Origin: Pyrinomonadaceae bacterium | Lineage (GTDB): Bacteria > Acidobacteriota > Blastocatellia > Pyrinomonadales > Pyrinomonadaceae | Length of the DNA stretch: 64,000 bases | Direction: 5' to 3' | Assembly (NCBI GenBank): GCA_049663465.1 | Contig: JBATDM010000105.1 | Span: 62-64,061 of the forward strand | Shown: positions 17,596 through 27,966 of the stretch, piece by piece | Position numbering within the stretch: the first letter of the stretch is position 1 | Layout of the letters: every line of letters begins with the position of its first letter | Position numbers and translations under genes: made by a program | Notes under the pieces: generated by a model | The model's database searches: none | What the model saw: the letters and a program-made list of their open reading frames with translations, nothing else | What the model was told of the DNA's origin: nothing

Positions 17596-17611
17596 TAAAA
17601 CACGTGTTTTA
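17596..17611. promoter_or_regulatory. perfect 16-bp palindrome TAAAACACGTGTTTTA (operator candidate)
   Basis: Exact palindrome located 12 nt upstream of the minus-strand gene start at 17584, in the divergent intergenic region. Confidence 0.35.
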
Positions 17612-17738
17612 TATATCGAAAGTATGGATCCTGTCAATGGTTGGGAGATATCAGCCGTTGTGCAAGAAGCGTAAACGATGGCGTTCTTTAGATACAAGAT
17701 GCGGCCGTTTCTTGAAATACAACATACGGAGAAGAAAT

Positions 17739-18023
17739 ATGAAAAGAATTGTTTTGGCCCTTACACTCATGTCGCTGTTCGGCGTGAACGCACTTGCATC
17801 GGTTTACATCAAGTACTACAACAAAGACTCGCAGAAATGGGTCTTTAAGGTGAAAATGGACGGAAGTACAAAGGAAGTTGCATTCAACGCCTCGACCAGC
17901 GGAGCCACGTCGATCCAAGGTAGCGGAACGAAAGCCGTCGTCGAGACCAAATGCGGCAACGTAGAGATCAGCGATAATTCGAAGATCGAGATCAAGGACG
18001 GGTGTATTAAATTTGTGAACTAG
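17739..18023 (+). CDS. small secreted protein (hypothetical)
   Basis: ATG 17739 is preceded by GGAGAAG. Signal peptide MKRIVLALTLMSLFGVNALA. The ORF-track N-terminal extension was judged spurious. Confidence 0.45.
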   Translation: MKRIVLALTLMSLFGVNALASVYIKYYNKDSQKWVFKVKMDGSTKEVAFNASTSGATSIQGSGTKAVVETKCGNVEISDNSKIEIKDGCIKFVN

Positions 18024-18085
18024 TCCGTTCACGTTCCAACCAAGCTCGGGCCTCGAAATTAATTTTGGGGCCCGAGATCGAGCTT

Positions 18086-19318
18086 CTACTGTTCCCAATC
18101 GCCGTGCCCTTCGCGTTCGACCTGATAGCCTGCGGTTTCGAGGTGATCCTGAACCTCCCGGGCGTGCTCGTTGTCACGAACCTCAAGCAACATTTCGATC
18201 CCTACGCGCCCGAGGGGGGCGAGCCACATCGCCCGGCGGTGAAATACCTCGATCACATTGGCGCGGGTTTCGGCGACCTTATTGAGCAGCGTTGCGAGCA
18301 TTCCCGGTCGATCCAGAACGAGAAGTTTAAGCATGATGTAGCGTCCCTGACGAACGAGGACCTGCTCAAGTACACGAGCAAGCAGATTCGCGTCAATATT
18401 GCCGCCGCAAAGTACCGCGCAAACCGAATCATCCGGCCTGATGTCGATCTTTTTCGCGAGCAGTGCCGCTAGACCTGCAGCTCCCGCACCTTCGACAACA
18501 AGGCGATTGTTTTGAACGCAGAAAAAGATCGCGCGAGCGATCTCCTCTTCGCTCACCTCAACAACAACGTCAACCAGTTCACGAATCATTGGCAGGGTAA
18601 CCTCACCCGGACTCTTAACGGCAATTCCGTCCGCGATAGTTTGGCCCGGCTGAGCCGTAACAGCTCGTCCGGCTTCCAGCGAAGGTTTAACCCATGAAAC
18701 ATTCGCCGCTTGTACGCCTATGACTCGCACGTTCGGCCTCAAGGCTTTCACCGCCGTAGCAATACCAGAGATCAGTCCGCCGCCGCCGATCGGAACAACG
18801 ACCGTCGAGAGGTCGGGAATCCCTTCAACCATTTCAAGGCCGATAGTTCCTTGTCCCGCGATAACCTGTTCATCATCGAACGCATGTACGTAGGTAAAGC
18901 CGTGCTTTGCCTGCAACTCGCGGGAATATGCGACCGCCTCGTCAAAGGTCGCTCCGCGCAATATGACCTCAGCACCGAAGCTGCGTGTTGCGGTGATCTT
19001 GGTCAGCGGAGCAAATTCCGGCAGAACAATCGTAGCTTTGATGCCGTTTAGACTTGCTGCCAAAGCCACACCCTGGGCATGATTTCCGGCAGACGCGGCA
19101 ATAACGCCACGGCTCTTCTCTTCGTCCGATAGCTGAGAGATCTTATTAAAGGCCCCCCGGATCTTAAACGATCCACTCTTTTGCAGGCTCTCGGCTTTTA
19201 GAAACGCCTTCGCACCGATCTCTCGCGACAGGCGAGCGTCGCCGATGATAGGCGTTGGGGTAATGACGTCTTTGATCCGTCGTCGAGCGTCTTCGATATC
19301 AGAAAGTTTAACTGCCAT
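18086..19318 (-). CDS. ilvA: threonine ammonia-lyase (short form with one ACT-like domain)
   Basis: PLP lysine motif SFKIRGA, GGGGLISG loop, and a C-terminal ACT-like segment. Confidence 0.85.
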   Translation of the reverse strand: MAVKLSDIEDARRRIKDVITPTPIIGDARLSREIGAKAFLKAESLQKSGSFKIRGAFNKISQLSDEEKSRGVIAASAGNHAQGVALAASLNGIKATIVLPEFAPLTKITATRSFGAEVILRGATFDEAVAYSRELQAKHGFTYVHAFDDEQVIAGQGTIGLEMVEGIPDLSTVVVPIGGGGLISGIATAVKALRPNVRVIGVQAANVSWVKPSLEAGRAVTAQPGQTIADGIAVKSPGEVTLPMIRELVDVVVEVSEEEIARAIFFCVQNNRLVVEGAGAAGLAALLAKKIDIRPDDSVCAVLCGGNIDANLLARVLEQVLVRQGRYIMLKLLVLDRPGMLATLLNKVAETRANVIEVFHRRAMWLAPLGRVGIEMLLEVRDNEHAREVQDHLETAGYQVEREGHGDWEQ

Positions 19319-19390
19319 GATTGAAGCGAATTATAGCAAACAAGCGTTAAATAGAGTATATTTGCAATAAATACGGTTCTGGAGGATGTA

Positions 19391-20401
19391 ATGGAAATTT
19401 TTGGTCTCGGTGCGATATTTTTGATTTTTCTCGGCATTGCTTTGCTAACGGTGGCGTGGAAAACGATCAAGATCGTGCCTCAGTCTAGCGTGCTGCTGAT
19501 CGAGCGTCTTGGTCGGTTTCATCGCGTCGCTAACAGCGGCCTGAATATTATTGTGCCGTTTTTCGAGTCCCCGCGGGCTGTATACTGGTCCGGGACACGG
19601 CCCGGCACTACGTCGATAGACCTTCGCGAACAGTTCATCGACATGCCTCCGCAACCCGTCATTACGCGTGATAATGTGACTATCAATGTTGATTCGGTGG
19701 TCTATTGGCAGATAACCGACCCGAGCAAGTCGGTTTACGAAGTGGCGGATCTCGTCGGAGCGATAGTACAGCTTACGATCACGGGTATGCGTTCGGTTAT
19801 GGGCGAGATGGACCTCGACCACACGCTCTCAAACCGTGATCAGATCAACGGCAAGCTCCGCCTGATCCTGGATGAGGCGACCGACAAATGGGGCGTAAAA
19901 GTTACACGCGTTGACGTCAAAAATATCAATCCGCCGGAAGATGTCCGCATCACGATGGAAAAACAGATGACCGCCGAGCGAAACCGCCGAGCCTTGATCT
20001 TACAGGCCGAGGGCGACAAGCAGGCCTCCATAACCCGAGCGGAAGGTGAAAAACAAGCTGCGGTCACGCGTTCCGAGGGCAATAAACAATCTGCGATCCT
20101 CGACGCCGAGGGAGCATCACAGGCCCGTCTCGTCAATGCCACAGCCGAAGCTCAGGCGATCGCTCAGATCGCAAGTGCCATAGGCGATAGAAGACAGACG
20201 GCCCAATATTTGATCACGCAGCGCTATGTCGATTCGATGCGCGACATGGCCCGCACGCAGAATTCCAAGGTGATCTTTATGCCGATGGAGACAACAGGCG
20301 TGATGGCGAGTGTCGGTGCCTTTAAGGAAGTTTTTGCGGCAACCGGCGAAAAGGCAGAAGAACTGCCAAAACCACGTTCCCCTCGCGAGCTGGAGAAATA
20401 G
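19391..20401 (+). CDS. SPFH/band-7 (stomatin-like) membrane protein
   Basis: N-terminal TM helix, an SPFH core (RDNVTINVDSVVYWQI), and an Ala/Glu-rich coiled coil. Confidence 0.85.
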   Translation: MEIFGLGAIFLIFLGIALLTVAWKTIKIVPQSSVLLIERLGRFHRVANSGLNIIVPFFESPRAVYWSGTRPGTTSIDLREQFIDMPPQPVITRDNVTINVDSVVYWQITDPSKSVYEVADLVGAIVQLTITGMRSVMGEMDLDHTLSNRDQINGKLRLILDEATDKWGVKVTRVDVKNINPPEDVRITMEKQMTAERNRRALILQAEGDKQASITRAEGEKQAAVTRSEGNKQSAILDAEGASQARLVNATAEAQAIAQIASAIGDRRQTAQYLITQRYVDSMRDMARTQNSKVIFMPMETTGVMASVGAFKEVFAATGEKAEELPKPRSPRELEK

Positions 20402-20402
20402 A

Positions 20403-21005
20403 TTGATAAAAACACTCGTCGTAATTCTGATCCTTGCAGCCGTTGCACTCTCCGCAGCGGGTTACAAGTATGGTTTTATTTTTGATCCGACGCCGACCGC
20501 GGCTCCTAGCGAAACATCTATTTATCAATTCACGATGAAGAATATTGATGGCAAGGACGTAAAGCTAGAGACGTATAAAGGCAGCGTCGTGATGGTCGTA
20601 AACGTTGCGAGCAAATGCGGATACACGCCGCAATACGAAGGCCTGGAGGCGATCTATAAGAAATATGAGGATCAGGGATTTGTCGTTCTTGGCTTCCCTG
20701 CCAACAACTTTATGGGCCAGGAACCGGGCACCGAGGCCGAGATCAAGGATTTTTGCTCAACCACCTACGGCGTGACATTTCCAATGTTTTCTAAGATCTC
20801 CGTCACGGGATCTGACCAGCATCCTCTCTACACGTTGCTGACAAGCAAAGAGTCGGATCCAGAATTTGGCGGCGATATATCGTGGAATTTCAATAAATTT
20901 CTTATCGACCGTTCCGGCAAGATCGTCGGACGATTCGCGACCAAGGACAAACCTGACGGCAAAGACGTCACCACCGCAATCGAAAAGCATCTAAAATCTA
21001 ACTAG
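20403..21005 (+). CDS. glutathione peroxidase (Cys type)
   Basis: VNVASKCGYTPQY active-site motif, FPANNF, and WNFNKFL. A TTG start at 20403 was chosen to avoid overlap with the upstream gene. Confidence 0.85.
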   Translation: MIKTLVVILILAAVALSAAGYKYGFIFDPTPTAAPSETSIYQFTMKNIDGKDVKLETYKGSVVMVVNVASKCGYTPQYEGLEAIYKKYEDQGFVVLGFPANNFMGQEPGTEAEIKDFCSTTYGVTFPMFSKISVTGSDQHPLYTLLTSKESDPEFGGDISWNFNKFLIDRSGKIVGRFATKDKPDGKDVTTAIEKHLKSN

Positions 21006-21019
21006 GAGAAAACAATTCC

Positions 21020-21487
21020 ATGCTCAAATTGTCGCGGCGATGCCTTATGCTCGTCATCATCCTTACCTTTGTGTCATTTGCCTATGGGCAAAAACCGACC
21101 CCGACTGTGACCGGCCCTGAGAAGGTGAGTCAGTTTATTAAAAAATCTCCGCATAAATTCAAACTCGTTGAGAAGAATATCTGGACGGTGACAGACGGTG
21201 AAACAACCGCGATCGTAACCGCCGATGCGGAGTATGTGATCGCGTTTGCGATACTCGCTCAAAAAGGCGGCTATAAAGTCACATCTGAATCGATGTCTGA
21301 GATGTTAAAGTACGCAGGGCAGGCCGATTTTATCAAGATCGTGATCGACGATGGCGGCGATCTCGCATTGAAGATCGAGGCAAAGCCGCGAGGCCTAGAC
21401 CAAAAGGATTTCGACGAAATGGTTGGACAGGTTCTCGCAGCGACGGCGGAGGCAAGTGCGAAACTTGCTCCCTTTTTGGTGAAATAG
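21020..21487 (+). CDS. secreted hypothetical protein
   Basis: 155-aa ORF with a signal peptide. No family recognised. Confidence 0.45.
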   Translation: MLKLSRRCLMLVIILTFVSFAYGQKPTPTVTGPEKVSQFIKKSPHKFKLVEKNIWTVTDGETTAIVTADAEYVIAFAILAQKGGYKVTSESMSEMLKYAGQADFIKIVIDDGGDLALKIEAKPRGLDQKDFDEMVGQVLAATAEASAKLAPFLVK

Positions 21488-21560
21488 CAATCGGCAACGT
21501 TTCTCAGCCCCGTCGGTAACATTTTGAATAGCCCGTAGCCGATTGCTAATCTTTTCACTA

Positions 21561-22670
21561 ATGACTCGTGTTCTAACCATCATCTTCGCACTTCTTGCCG
21601 TCGTCGTGGCGGCGATCTGTTTTGCCTCATATTCCGTCTATTCGTCGGTGACAACACCGCATCAGCACGACAAGGCGAATCAGTTCATCAAGATCGAGAA
21701 AGGTTCCACGCCGCCCCAGATCATTGCAAAACTTGCCGCCGAGGGCGTGATCTCCAGCGAAACTTCTGCGGGCCTGTATCTGCGTACGCTCGCCGATGCC
21801 AGCAAACTACAGGCGGGCGAATATCAATTCCCCTCGCCGATCTCGACCGTACAGGTGCTGAAACTGCTCGAAAAGGGCCAGGACCTTACGATAAGGCTCA
21901 CAATTCCTGAGGGGTTTACCCGTTTTGACATCGCAAAGCGGGTCGCGGAAAAGTTCAGCAATCTACCACCGGCGGCCGAAGGTTCTATTCCGGCACCGCC
22001 GGCGGATGAAAGATCGATCCTGGCCCTAATGGACGATGTCACGCTGATCAGAGATATTTCGCCGACAGCCAGGAATCTTGAAGGCTATATGTATCCAACG
22101 ACTTACAACGTCTCGCGTGATGCAACGCCTAAAGAGATCATCACGATGATGGTCGAACAATTTCGCAAGTTTTGGAAGCCGGAATGGAGCGATCAGGCCC
22201 GTTCGCTTGGCCGCACACCGCATGAGATCGTCACCATCGCGTCGCTGATCGAGACCGAGACCGGTGTTGAAGCCGAGCGGCCAATCGTCGCCGGTATCAT
22301 CAACAATCGCCTTTCAAGAAATATCCCGCTCGGAATCGATCAAACCAACGTCTATATCGCCAAAATGATGGGCCGCTGGGATGGCACGATCCATAAAAGT
22401 GATCTCGAAGTCGATTCCCCATACAACACTCGGATCAAAACCGGTATCCCACCGGGCCCGATATCGTCCGTAACCGAAAGCTCCATCCGCGCCGCTCTAA
22501 ATCCGAATCCTAACAACTACATCTTTTACGTGAGGAATGTTGACCTAAATGATGGCTCACATTGGTTTTATGCGTCAGCGGCTGAGTTTGAAAAAGGTAA
22601 GGCTAAGTATCAGCAATGGCTTGAGCGGGAACGTCAAGAAAAACGCTCGAACGAATCCGGCACTAACTGA
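21561..22670 (+). CDS. mltG: endolytic murein transglycosylase MltG (YceG-like)
   Basis: N-terminal TM helix, LQAGEYQF, GYMYPTTY and ASLIETETG motifs. Confidence 0.85.
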   Translation: MTRVLTIIFALLAVVVAAICFASYSVYSSVTTPHQHDKANQFIKIEKGSTPPQIIAKLAAEGVISSETSAGLYLRTLADASKLQAGEYQFPSPISTVQVLKLLEKGQDLTIRLTIPEGFTRFDIAKRVAEKFSNLPPAAEGSIPAPPADERSILALMDDVTLIRDISPTARNLEGYMYPTTYNVSRDATPKEIITMMVEQFRKFWKPEWSDQARSLGRTPHEIVTIASLIETETGVEAERPIVAGIINNRLSRNIPLGIDQTNVYIAKMMGRWDGTIHKSDLEVDSPYNTRIKTGIPPGPISSVTESSIRAALNPNPNNYIFYVRNVDLNDGSHWFYASAAEFEKGKAKYQQWLERERQEKRSNESGTN

Positions 22671-23533
22671 TGATCAAACTCCTCGCCCTCGATCTCGACG
22701 GCACAACCTTGAATTCCAGCGGTAAGGTGTCCGACGCCAACCGGGTGGCTATCCGTGCGGCAGAAGACGCGGGCGTGCTGGTCACGATAGCGACGGGGCG
22801 GCGTTTTCGCGACGCTAGGCCGGTCGGGCTAGAACTTGGGCTCAATGCACCGCTGATCACCCACAACGGGGCACTGATCAAATACGCCGACACTGAGGAG
22901 ACCGTTGCGTGCGACCTGCTCTCCGCCGAGACCAGCCGGGAGATCGTCAGGCTCGGAAAGAGCTTTGGCGGAGATGCGTTGGTTAGTACGGACCCGCACG
23001 GAAATGGAGCACTGCTCTACGATCGCGTGTCTGAGCACAACATTCCGCTCAAAAAGTATCTTCGGTGGTCAGAGAATTTGCACGGCGGGGCGGCCGGGCG
23101 TGACGGTGTTGAGCATGTAAGCGATCTTGACGAGATCTTGCACGAACACGAGATCGTCCATATCTCATTCTCCGGCACATTGGCTCCGATGCTTGAGCTT
23201 GAAACGAACCTACGTTCAGAGCTTGCCGACAGCGTGACGCTGCTGGCGACGATATATCCACATCTGGACTTTACGCTTCTCGATATTCTCCCGCCAGAGG
23301 CATCGAAGGGGCACGGCGTCTCGCGGCTGGCTCGGATCAATAACCTAACCGCTGAGAACGTCATGACAATAGGCGATAATTTCAACGATCTCGAAATGCT
23401 CGACTACGCCGGGACGGCCGTCGTCATGGGAAACGCAGACCCAAAGTTGCTCGAAGGGCGTGAATTTCATACAACATTAAGTAACGACGAGAGCGGCGTG
23501 GCCGCTGCTATTGAGAGATTTATTTTAAATTAA
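22670..23533 (+). CDS. Cof-type HAD-IIB phosphatase
   Basis: LALDLDGTTL motif I and GDNFNDLEM motif IV. Confidence 0.8.
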   Translation: MIKLLALDLDGTTLNSSGKVSDANRVAIRAAEDAGVLVTIATGRRFRDARPVGLELGLNAPLITHNGALIKYADTEETVACDLLSAETSREIVRLGKSFGGDALVSTDPHGNGALLYDRVSEHNIPLKKYLRWSENLHGGAAGRDGVEHVSDLDEILHEHEIVHISFSGTLAPMLELETNLRSELADSVTLLATIYPHLDFTLLDILPPEASKGHGVSRLARINNLTAENVMTIGDNFNDLEMLDYAGTAVVMGNADPKLLEGREFHTTLSNDESGVAAAIERFILN

Positions 23534-23545
23534 GGAGATTATTCA

Positions 23546-24037
23546 TTGGCAAATAGAATTGCAGTTTTAGAAACGAACAAGGGTACGATCAAATTTGAGC
23601 TCCTCGAGACGGACGCTCCGAAAACAACCGAGAATTTCCGGCTTCTTGCGGATAAGAACTATTACGACGACGTTATTTTTCATCGGGTTATCCCAAACTT
23701 TATGATCCAGGGCGGCGATCCGCTCGGCGAAGGTTATGGAGGCGAATCCGCATGGGGCGGAAAATTTGACGACGAGATCGATCGCGGTACGATGCTCTAC
23801 GCCGGACCTTATGAAAAGGGCACGGTGGCAATGGCAAATTCGGGCCCGAACACGAACGGTTCGCAGTTCTTCATTATGCACATCGACTATCCGTTGCCGC
23901 CGAGTTACTCGAAATTTGGCAAGGTCGTCGAGGGCCAGGACGTCGTGGACGCGATCGCGATGGTCGATCGAAATGCCAACGATAAGCCGCACGAGCCTGT
24001 CGTGATGAATAAGGTTTACATTCAAGACCCGGAATAA
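23546..24037 (+). CDS. peptidyl-prolyl cis-trans isomerase (cyclophilin type)
   Basis: FHRVIPNFMIQGGDP and GSQFFI motifs. TTG start. Confidence 0.9.
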   Translation: MANRIAVLETNKGTIKFELLETDAPKTTENFRLLADKNYYDDVIFHRVIPNFMIQGGDPLGEGYGGESAWGGKFDDEIDRGTMLYAGPYEKGTVAMANSGPNTNGSQFFIMHIDYPLPPSYSKFGKVVEGQDVVDAIAMVDRNANDKPHEPVVMNKVYIQDPE

Positions 24038-24477
24038 TGCGTGTCGTTGTTCAACGTGTCTCGCGGGCGAAGGTCACTGTTAGCGGACGGATTGTTGGCG
24101 AGATCGAACAAGGTTTGCTGGTTCTTTTAGGGATTGCGAAGGACGATCAGATCAGCGACGCAGATTACCTCGTCGAAAAGTTAATAAATTTGCGAATCTT
24201 CGACGATGGTGAAGGAAAGATGAACCTTTCCCTCACAGACATCGACGGAGAAATGCTCGTTGTTTCGCAATTTACACTCTATGCTGATACGCGCCGCGGC
24301 CGTCGTCCGTCATTTATCGAAGCGGCTCGGGGCGAGGACGCAGTTGAGATTTACCGACATTTTGTCGAAAAGTCGCAGGCCGTGATCCGAAAGGTAGCCA
24401 CCGGTGAGTTCGGAGCGATGATGGATGTCGAACTCGTTAATGACGGCCCTGTTACGATAGTTATCGATAGTGAATAG
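24037..24477 (+). CDS. dtd: D-aminoacyl-tRNA deacylase
   Basis: 146 aa. MRVVVQRV N-terminus, SQFTLYADT, and the NDGPVT motif. Confidence 0.9.
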   Translation: MRVVVQRVSRAKVTVSGRIVGEIEQGLLVLLGIAKDDQISDADYLVEKLINLRIFDDGEGKMNLSLTDIDGEMLVVSQFTLYADTRRGRRPSFIEAARGEDAVEIYRHFVEKSQAVIRKVATGEFGAMMDVELVNDGPVTIVIDSE

Positions 24478-24489
24478 AGGATTTTAGTT

Positions 24490-25128
24490 ATGAAGAAGAT
24501 TTTATTGATAATTGCAGCTGCTGCCGCGTTGTTCTCACTTTCCTGTGATAATGCGGCCAACAAATCGTCCAACTCCAAAACCGGGACAGTAGAGGTCAAA
24601 AAGGGTATTGTTCCTGTGGCAGATCCTGAGATCGCCTTGATCGAAATGGAAAACCCGGTGTACGGGACCGTAAAGATGGAGCTATATTCAAACATCGCTC
24701 CCAAGATGGTCGCCCGGTTTAAGGAGTTGGCAACAGAAGGCGTTTACAGCGGCGTCACCTGGCATCGTATTAACCAGTCGGTCATCCAAAGTGGCGACCC
24801 TCTTTCCAAAGATGCGGATCCAAGGAACGACGGTACGGGAAAATCCGACAAGCCGAACGTAGATGCTGAATTTTCTGATATTCCGTATGACACTGCGATC
24901 GTCGGGGCCGCTCGCGGTCCGGATAACAATTCAGCCAACTCTCAGTTCTTTATCACGCTCAAACGCGAGGCTGGTTTTGACGATCGGTATACGATATTTG
25001 GAAAGGTCATCGACGGTATGAACAACGTCCGCACGATCGCCGGCGTCACACCGAAAGACGGCGAACGCCCCGTCGAGCCTATCAAGATCAAGAGTATTAC
25101 GATCGTCCCCAGCAATGGGGCGAAATGA
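24490..25128 (+). CDS. secreted/lipoprotein cyclophilin-type PPIase
   Basis: Lipobox-like LFSLSC. WHRINQSVIQSGDP and NSQFFI motifs. Confidence 0.85.
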   Translation: MKKILLIIAAAAALFSLSCDNAANKSSNSKTGTVEVKKGIVPVADPEIALIEMENPVYGTVKMELYSNIAPKMVARFKELATEGVYSGVTWHRINQSVIQSGDPLSKDADPRNDGTGKSDKPNVDAEFSDIPYDTAIVGAARGPDNNSANSQFFITLKREAGFDDRYTIFGKVIDGMNNVRTIAGVTPKDGERPVEPIKIKSITIVPSNGAK

Positions 25129-25148
25129 TACGATCAGACTAGATATTT

Positions 25149-25225
25149 GCTCGCGTAGCTCAGTTGGATAGAGTGCTTCCCTCCGAAGGAAGAAGTCGCA
25201 GGTTCGAATCCCGCCGCGAGTACCA
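25149..25225 (+). tRNA. tRNA-Arg (anticodon CCG)
   Basis: Hand-folded 77-nt cloverleaf. Acceptor GCTCGCG/CGCGAGT (G-U at 1-72), anticodon arm CTTCC-CTCCGAA-GGAAG, T loop TTCGAAT (one A-C mismatch in the T stem), encoded CCA. Confidence 0.85.
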
Positions 25226-25237
25226 TTTTGATGAAAG

Positions 25238-25272
25238 TAAAAGGGGCATCCAACCGGACACCCCTTTTATTT
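25238..25272. terminator. bidirectional rho-independent terminator
   Basis: TAAAAGGGG/CCCCTTTTA 9-bp stem flanked by A and T runs. It lies between tRNA-Arg (+) and the convergent C25 peptidase gene (-). Confidence 0.5.
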
Positions 25273-25288
25273 CTGAGCTTTGATCTGC

Positions 25289-27859
25289 CTATTTGACCTT
25301 CAACATTGGGTCACCAAGAAGTACCCAAGAGTACCTCACATCCGCCCCGGCCGGGATGGCAGATTTTGCGTCAGTCGTCAGATCTCCGATCCTATTCATC
25401 GTGCCTACAGACAATTGGTTGTAGAACCGCAATGCCATCGCGAGTTGGATATCGGGCGTTGTTTCAGCAGACGATGCCCATGCCGCCACCGCTCCGCCGT
25501 TCGGGGCCTTGATGAGGTTTTCACCCAATGATTCGGTCGGGCTCGCCCAAATGAAATAGCCGTTCAGGCACGTCAGCATCGTGTAGATGGTCGGGCTGTT
25601 AATATTTGTCAGATCAGGAACGCTGCTATTGCTAAAAAAGCTACTCGATGCCCAGAGGCCGCTCGATCCGTGTCCTGCATAGTTGATAATGTAGCGTCCT
25701 GCGTTCATCTCGCTGATCAATGTCGCCTGGGCAGTCGGCGATGCTCGGTCCACCAGCACTGAAGGCATCGTCGCCGGCAGTTCATCCCGGATCTGGGTGC
25801 TCATGCCTCCAAAATCAAATCCATTTGGCAGATCATGGGCAAAGATCGCCCCTCGATCAAAAGTCAGGTTAACTGGCGTTTCAAAAGAAATTGTCTTGTT
25901 CAGTGCAATGTTGACGGTCGAAGCTGTCCGAGTCGCGATGCGTCCGATAGACAACTCTGCCAAACCGTCCCCGTCAAAATCTGCCAGAGCCTCGTCACTC
26001 GGGCTTTCCCCATAGATCAGACTGACGTTACGGCTCGGAACCATGTTCCAATAGCCAAACCCCTCGTAGTTACGCGGATCGTGGGTTGCGTCGCCAAGGA
26101 TAAGCACATACCTTAGTGCCGAATGATTGATGCCGTGCAGGTAGGTCAGAAAATTCTTTATCGACAAGGCACTCGACGATCCATAGTTAAATTCGTCATA
26201 AATGTCCGCCACGTCAACAACCGCCGCCGGTGTTCCTAGGTTTTGTCTGTAACCCGCCCATGACTCGGCCGCGGCAAGAAACTCCGGAGACGAATCTGAA
26301 ATAACCAGAAATTCCGGTGTTTCCTCCAAAGTTGCGTAACTCGAAGGATTGTTTTGAGTGACCGACGGCGAGACCAGCAAGCCGGAATCTTCAACGCCGT
26401 AGGCAACAAAGTTACGGCTCGACGGAAGCTTTGCGGTGTACGTCGAACCATCCTGCACGATCGGCAATCCGACGATCAGCGAAGGTGAGCTGTCGTGCGT
26501 AGTGTCAAAAACCCGAACACTTGAGCTTGAAAAACCGGTCAGATCTATCTTTCGATAGCCCGGTGTAAAAAATGCCACCCGGTTTTGATCTGCCTTATAG
26601 GTACGGTTGTACTTAACCGCGACCGAATCGAACAGACTAAAGTCACCCGGATTTAGTCCAGCGAGTTGAATAGAATTAGTACCTTCGACCAGATAACTTG
26701 CGGGGATAGTAAACGTTCGGGTAAAAGCGTTGTAGCCACCCCAGGTTGACTGGGGAAGTGAATGACCGTTCAACAGAAGATCGATGAGGTGAGTTCCAGA
26801 CGAAAACCCCTGAATCTTGATTGTCAGCGTAACGTCTCCGTCAGTCCCGACGCCGGTAAGAGTAAATGGTATTGACACGGGAGTTGACGAGATCACGCGT
26901 CCCCAGTAGTTTTCTGCATCACCATTGATGATGGTCCTCACATATGAGCTCCGTTCCTTCTTGAGGGCAGTGACCGGGTATGTATTCGAGACCACGTTCC
27001 CGCCGATAGGCCTGAGAACTCTGGTCGCCATTCGTTTTCCGTCGGTCACATCCTGGATCAGATAATAGACCCTCATGTCACTCTCAACGGTGTCCAATGG
27101 CTTACCGTAAAACTCAATGTATGCGTCGCCAGAGCCAACCAAGATGGCCTGTTCAACTCCCTCGGCAAATAGCCGCCATTTCGCCGAATCACCCCCAACC
27201 GTAAAGCCGGCTGCCTGGAGTTCTCCACTCGTCACTCGGTACAGTCCTTCTGTGCGTACCCCGATCTTGACGCCGGGCTGGCCGACTACCCAACGGTGAG
27301 TAGCGAGATCGGGCAGTTGTGCCGAAGCAGCGACTGCTTGGGCCAGTTCAGGAGTCAGTTCCATATCGCTGGCGACAACATTTCGATTAGGTGAATTTGT
27401 TGCGGCCGCCCAATCGGCCGACGACTGTCCGCTAACCCGTTCGAGATCCTTCACGAATTGCGTACTGACAATTGTGCTGCGTACCTTCTTACCGCTTTGC
27501 AGGTTGCTCTCAACAATATACGACGCACCGAGTCCTCCAGTTGGGTCAAATAGCTGGTACGACTCGCCATAAGCCTGCTGATTTCCGGACCGCGCAGACG
27601 ACCCGAGCACCATGCCTTGATTCACCGGTACGGTCTCGGAATCGCCAATTCGATAGACGTTAAACCCAATGTTCCTGACCTCAATGGACATTTCCCAGCG
27701 GAGCAGAACACCATTTCCGTCTGTCAAAGCCTCAACCGAGGCAAACCGGGCGTTGTCGCGCTGACCAAACTGATCTTTGCCTCCCTTCTGTGCGAACACC
27801 GGAATGCTTGCCGATACTAACATGGTGACCAGTAGGGCAACCGATATGATTCTATTCAT
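25289..27859 (-). CDS. secreted peptidase C25 (gingipain-like) family protein
   Basis: Catalytic-type motifs YAGHGSSGLW (His) and TMLTCLNGYF (Cys). Start set at ATG 27859 (MNRIISVALLV signal peptide, GGAGAA upstream). Confidence 0.7.
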   Translation of the reverse strand: MNRIISVALLVTMLVSASIPVFAQKGGKDQFGQRDNARFASVEALTDGNGVLLRWEMSIEVRNIGFNVYRIGDSETVPVNQGMVLGSSARSGNQQAYGESYQLFDPTGGLGASYIVESNLQSGKKVRSTIVSTQFVKDLERVSGQSSADWAAATNSPNRNVVASDMELTPELAQAVAASAQLPDLATHRWVVGQPGVKIGVRTEGLYRVTSGELQAAGFTVGGDSAKWRLFAEGVEQAILVGSGDAYIEFYGKPLDTVESDMRVYYLIQDVTDGKRMATRVLRPIGGNVVSNTYPVTALKKERSSYVRTIINGDAENYWGRVISSTPVSIPFTLTGVGTDGDVTLTIKIQGFSSGTHLIDLLLNGHSLPQSTWGGYNAFTRTFTIPASYLVEGTNSIQLAGLNPGDFSLFDSVAVKYNRTYKADQNRVAFFTPGYRKIDLTGFSSSSVRVFDTTHDSSPSLIVGLPIVQDGSTYTAKLPSSRNFVAYGVEDSGLLVSPSVTQNNPSSYATLEETPEFLVISDSSPEFLAAAESWAGYRQNLGTPAAVVDVADIYDEFNYGSSSALSIKNFLTYLHGINHSALRYVLILGDATHDPRNYEGFGYWNMVPSRNVSLIYGESPSDEALADFDGDGLAELSIGRIATRTASTVNIALNKTISFETPVNLTFDRGAIFAHDLPNGFDFGGMSTQIRDELPATMPSVLVDRASPTAQATLISEMNAGRYIINYAGHGSSGLWASSSFFSNSSVPDLTNINSPTIYTMLTCLNGYFIWASPTESLGENLIKAPNGGAVAAWASSAETTPDIQLAMALRFYNQLSVGTMNRIGDLTTDAKSAIPAGADVRYSWVLLGDPMLKVK

Positions 27860-27966
27860 TTTGATTCTCCTCAAAAACAGCCGGAAGGGACGGCACGCTG
27901 CAAACAAGTCGATTATGTATCAATCGATGTAAATTTATCACTCAAACGCAACTATTACAAGGAATT

